Part shown: positions 50,320 through 50,378 of the stretch, piece after piece
Numbering within the stretch: position 1 is the first letter of the stretch
Layout of the letters: each line of letters starts with the position of its first letter
From: Promethearchaeota archaeon
GTDB lineage: Archaea > Asgardarchaeota > Lokiarchaeia > Sigyniarchaeales > SOKP01
Assembly: GCA_048937405.1 (NCBI GenBank)
Contig: JBHLNF010000018.1
Coordinates: 1-50,378, forward strand
Reading direction: 5' to 3'
Length of the DNA stretch: 50,378 nt
Translations under genes and position numbers: made by a program
The notes under the pieces: model-generated
Databases searched by the model: none
Told to the model about the DNA's origin: nothing
What the model saw: only the letters and a program-made list of their open reading frames with translations

Positions 50320-50378
50320 AATAACATCAACAAATAATTTTCTGTTTTTTAAATAGTCTGTTTTTAAAAACTAGTTAA

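Overview
AT-rich, gene-dense archaeal-type chromosomal segment. The GGTGA/GGAGG Shine-Dalgarno motifs, oligo-T terminators, PAS-rich kinase, SNAP/TPR solenoid and expanded acyl-CoA gene set best fit an Asgard (Lokiarchaeia-like) archaeon; this is inferred, as no marker gene is present. I found no rRNA, tRNA, CRISPR array or transposase. Left third: two alpha/beta hydrolases (one lacking its nucleophile), an AmmeMemoRadiSam radical SAM enzyme, a UbiA prenyltransferase, an AbrB-PhoU regulator, a 1285-aa TPR/SNAP-nitrilase fusion, methyltransferases, a 76-aa ubiquitin-like protein without C-terminal GG, a TSUP exporter, and a PAS histidine kinase facing an RHH-HisKA-receiver protein whose upstream region carries phased repeats. 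Middle and right: two acyl-CoA dehydrogenase/EtfB/ferredoxin-EtfA operons bracketing an acetylene-hydratase-clade molybdopterin enzyme, CoA ligases, a Had-like dehydrogenase, MaoC hydratases, a thiolase, one benzoyl-CoA-reductase/HAD-type subunit with its activase, and two tandem ~1000-aa surface glycoproteins sharing near-identical DNA tracts. Several genes appear to start at non-canonical codons (ATT, CTG, ATA) placed 5-6 nt after a GGTGA motif. All family assignments come from motif recognition by eye; no searches were run.
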